From assembly GCA_964016885.1 (NCBI GenBank), contig OZ024747.1:49786001-49850000 (forward strand): a DNA stretch of 64,000 bases. The letters are read 5' to 3'. Made by a program: the position numbers and the translations under genes. Position 1 is the stretch's first letter. Each line of letters begins with the position of its first letter. The stretch comes from Eledone cirrhosa. Lineage: Eukaryota. This document shows positions 61,551 through 64,000 of this stretch, piece after piece. Under the pieces are notes generated by a model, which worked only from the letters and a program-made list of their open reading frames with translations, made no database searches and had not been told where the DNA came from.

Positions 61551-64000
61551 ATGAATCTGCGAGCTACCAAGCACCCACGTGAAGCGCCAACCCAGAGACC
61601 CTCCCCTACGAGTGTCGACAAATGCCCAAAACTCCGAGTTGGTACCATCAATGTAGGCTCAATGAAAGGAAGAGCAGGAGAAATCGTAGAAATGCTAGAG
61701 CGAAAGGAAGTTGATGTATGCTGTGTGCAAGAGACTAGATGGAGAGGAGGGTCTGCTAGAGTCCTTGTAGGAAAAAGCCAGTGCTACAAATTTTTCTGGG
61801 TGGGAAATGACGATGGGATGGGTGGTGTAGGTATACTATTAGCTGACAAGTGGGTAGATAAAGTAATCTCAGTGTACAGGGTAAATGCAAGAATCATTAA
61901 ACTCAGACTAGTCCTGAATAAGACAATTACCACAATAATATCAGCTTACGCACCCCAATCGGGGCTGCCAGACGAACTTAAGGATAGGTTTTACGAGTCC
62001 CTAATACACACTACTGCTCTAACAGACGACAAGGACTTCCTAATCATTGCAGGAGATTTTAACGGACACGTAGGTAAACACTGCGACGGCTTCAATAGAG
62101 TACATGGAGGCCATGGAGTTGGCACAAGGAATGAGGAAGGATTCAGACTTCTAGAATTCTGCGACGCCAATGACATGTCGATATGTAACACAAACTTTAA
62201 AAAACCCGACAACCACCTGATCACCTATAGATCAGGGGAGCACTCTAGTCAGTTAGATTTTATCCTCATCAGAGGACGTGACAGATGGACGGTCGTAAAC
62301 ACAAAAGCCTTCCCTAGTGAGGAATGTACATCCCAACATAGCTTAGTTGTCAGCGACCTCACGGTCAGAACTAGACGAGCCCTGAAACAGAGGCCAACCT
62401 GGAGAAGAAAGATCTGGAAGCTGAAAGTCCCCTCAACCAGTAACAGATTTAAAGATATTTTACTCAACGCCTACGACAGTAAAGAAGAACAGATAGAGAC
62501 ATTTAACGTAGAAGAGAACTGGGAGTTCCTAAAAAATAACTTACTAGAGGCGACAGATGAGGTTTGTGGCTGGAGTAAGACCTCAAGCAGGAGGAGAGTG
62601 ACTTGGTGGTGGAACAATAAGGTAGATGAAGCAGTCAAGGCCAAGAGACAGGCATGGAAAGAATGGAAGAACGGGGGGAGCAGGGTACATTACATAGAGA
62701 CCAAGAGGGAAGCTAGGCGACAAGTATACTTAGCTAGGAGGGAAGCAGAGGATAGAAAATTCAAGCATGTTTTACAACGTGAGGACCAGAAACAGGAGGT
62801 ATTCAAGATTGCGAGGCAGTGTGTCAGAGATAGTTGTGATGTCATTGGAGAGAAGTGTATCCGGAATGATAAAGGTGAGCTTGCCCTCACAAGTGCTGAG
62901 AAGAAAGATGCATGGAAGAGTCATTATGATAGATTACTAAATGAGGAGAATGCATGGGAAGAAGAGACCCTACCCCACGTAGACCCTATAGAGGGACCAG
63001 CAGTACAAGTCAGCGGCAGCGTAGTAAGTAAGGCAATCAGAGATATGAAGATAGGGAAGGCAACCGGTCCATCGGGTATAGCTGCTGAGATGCTGAAGGC
63101 ATCTGGGTCTGTAGGTCACACTATAACCACACGTATCGTTAACCAGGTAATACTAGAGGGGGCCATACCAAAAGATTGGTGCAGTAGCATCATTGTCAAC
63201 TGCTACAAAGGTAAAGGCGATGCACTAGATAGAGGAAACTATAGAGGTATAAAGTTGATGGACCAGGTCATGAAAGTAACAGAAAGAGTTATAGCACAGC
63301 TGATTAGGGACCGGGTGAATATAGACGAGATGCAATTTGGGTTTGTACCAGGGAAAGGCACCACTGATGCGCTCTTCCTTGTGAGGCAATTACAGGAAAA
63401 GTACCTAGCTAAAAGTAAGCCACTCTACTTGGCATTTGTCGACCTTGAGAAAGCCTTTGACAGAGTTCCACGTGCAGTAATCTGGTGGGCTCTTAGAAAA
63501 CTAGGAGTAGATGAATGGCTTGTGAAAGCGGTACAAGCCATGTATAGGGGAGCAGTCAGCAAAGTTAGGATTGGCAATGAGTATAGCGAGGAATTTAGCG
63601 TACAGGTTGGGGTCCACCAGGGCTCTGTTCTTAGCCCTCTCCTGTTCATCATAGTCCTGCAGGCAATAACGGAGGAGTTTAAGACCGGATGCCCATGGGA
63701 ACTCCTGTATGCTGATGACCTCGCACTCATAGCTGAATCTATGGTAGAACTAGAGAATAAATTCCAAACCTGGAAGCAGGGACTAGAGAGAAAGGGCCTC
63801 AAAGTCAACATGACAAAGACTAAGGTCCTTATAAGTAGACGAGAAAACAGAACCCAGATCCCCTCAGGGAAATGGCCTTGCTCAGTATGTAGGAAAGGTG
63901 TAGGTAGGAACTCCATTCTTTGCCCCAAATGCAAACAATGGGTACACAAGAGATGTAGCGGGATCTCAGGAAGCTTAATTAAGAATGTAGGATTCACATG
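61551..64000 (+). CDS. Second RTE-clade LINE ORF (APE + RT + PHD-type finger), apparently uninterrupted and running off the window
   Basis: ATG at 61551; reads MNLRATK..LRVGTINVGSMKGRAGE, CVQETRW, AGDFNGHVG, YADD, WPCSVCRKG..WVHKRC. The frame at the window end matches the start, and no terminated plus-strand ORF is listed. The 5' UTR from ~61387 follows (TA)n. Confidence 0.9.
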   Translation, partial: MNLRATKHPREAPTQRPSPTSVDKCPKLRVGTINVGSMKGRAGEIVEMLERKEVDVCCVQETRWRGGSARVLVGKSQCYKFFWVGNDDGMGGVGILLADKWVDKVISVYRVNARIIKLRLVLNKTITTIISAYAPQSGLPDELKDRFYESLIHTTALTDDKDFLIIAGDFNGHVGKHCDGFNRVHGGHGVGTRNEEGFRLLEFCDANDMSICNTNFKKPDNHLITYRSGEHSSQLDFILIRGRDRWTVVNTKAFPSEECTSQHSLVVSDLTVRTRRALKQRPTWRRKIWKLKVPSTSNRFKDILLNAYDSKEEQIETFNVEENWEFLKNNLLEATDEVCGWSKTSSRRRVTWWWNNKVDEAVKAKRQAWKEWKNGGSRVHYIETKREARRQVYLARREAEDRKFKHVLQREDQKQEVFKIARQCVRDSCDVIGEKCIRNDKGELALTSAEKKDAWKSHYDRLLNEENAWEEETLPHVDPIEGPAVQVSGSVVSKAIRDMKIGKATGPSGIAAEMLKASGSVGHTITTRIVNQVILEGAIPKDWCSSIIVNCYKGKGDALDRGNYRGIKLMDQVMKVTERVIAQLIRDRVNIDEMQFGFVPGKGTTDALFLVRQLQEKYLAKSKPLYLAFVDLEKAFDRVPRAVIWWALRKLGVDEWLVKAVQAMYRGAVSKVRIGNEYSEEFSVQVGVHQGSVLSPLLFIIVLQAITEEFKTGCPWELLYADDLALIAESMVELENKFQTWKQGLERKGLKVNMTKTKVLISRRENRTQIPSGKWPCSVCRKGVGRNSILCPKCKQWVHKRCSGISGSLIKNVGFT

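Overview
Repeat-only eukaryotic window with no recognisable host gene or exon. The tRNA/CORE SINE families, (TA)n density and RTE/Penelope content suggest a cephalopod (Octopus-like) genome; this is inference. 1-28.5 kb is a ~590-copy 48-bp satellite with 5-6 kb higher-order repeats. Its monomer matches an internal 48-bp repeat of a dispersed SINE body, which in turn matches the 5' region of a local RTE LINE. A CA-rich minisatellite follows (28.5-30.9 kb), then a TE mosaic. The mosaic holds two RTE-clade LINEs (37.0-40.3 kb and 61.4 kb-end), both with a C4HC3 PHD-type finger inserted inside the RT; a 5'-truncated Penelope-like element (RT + GIY-YIG, minus strand); decayed CRE-like RT/RLE elements; many SINEs; and a 46-bp satellite (49.3-54.9 kb). 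The most notable unannotated signal is a set of type I hammerhead-ribozyme motifs: five good candidates and one degenerate. One lies at the 3' end of the Penelope-like element; the others sit in short non-coding modules bounded by (TA)n tracts.
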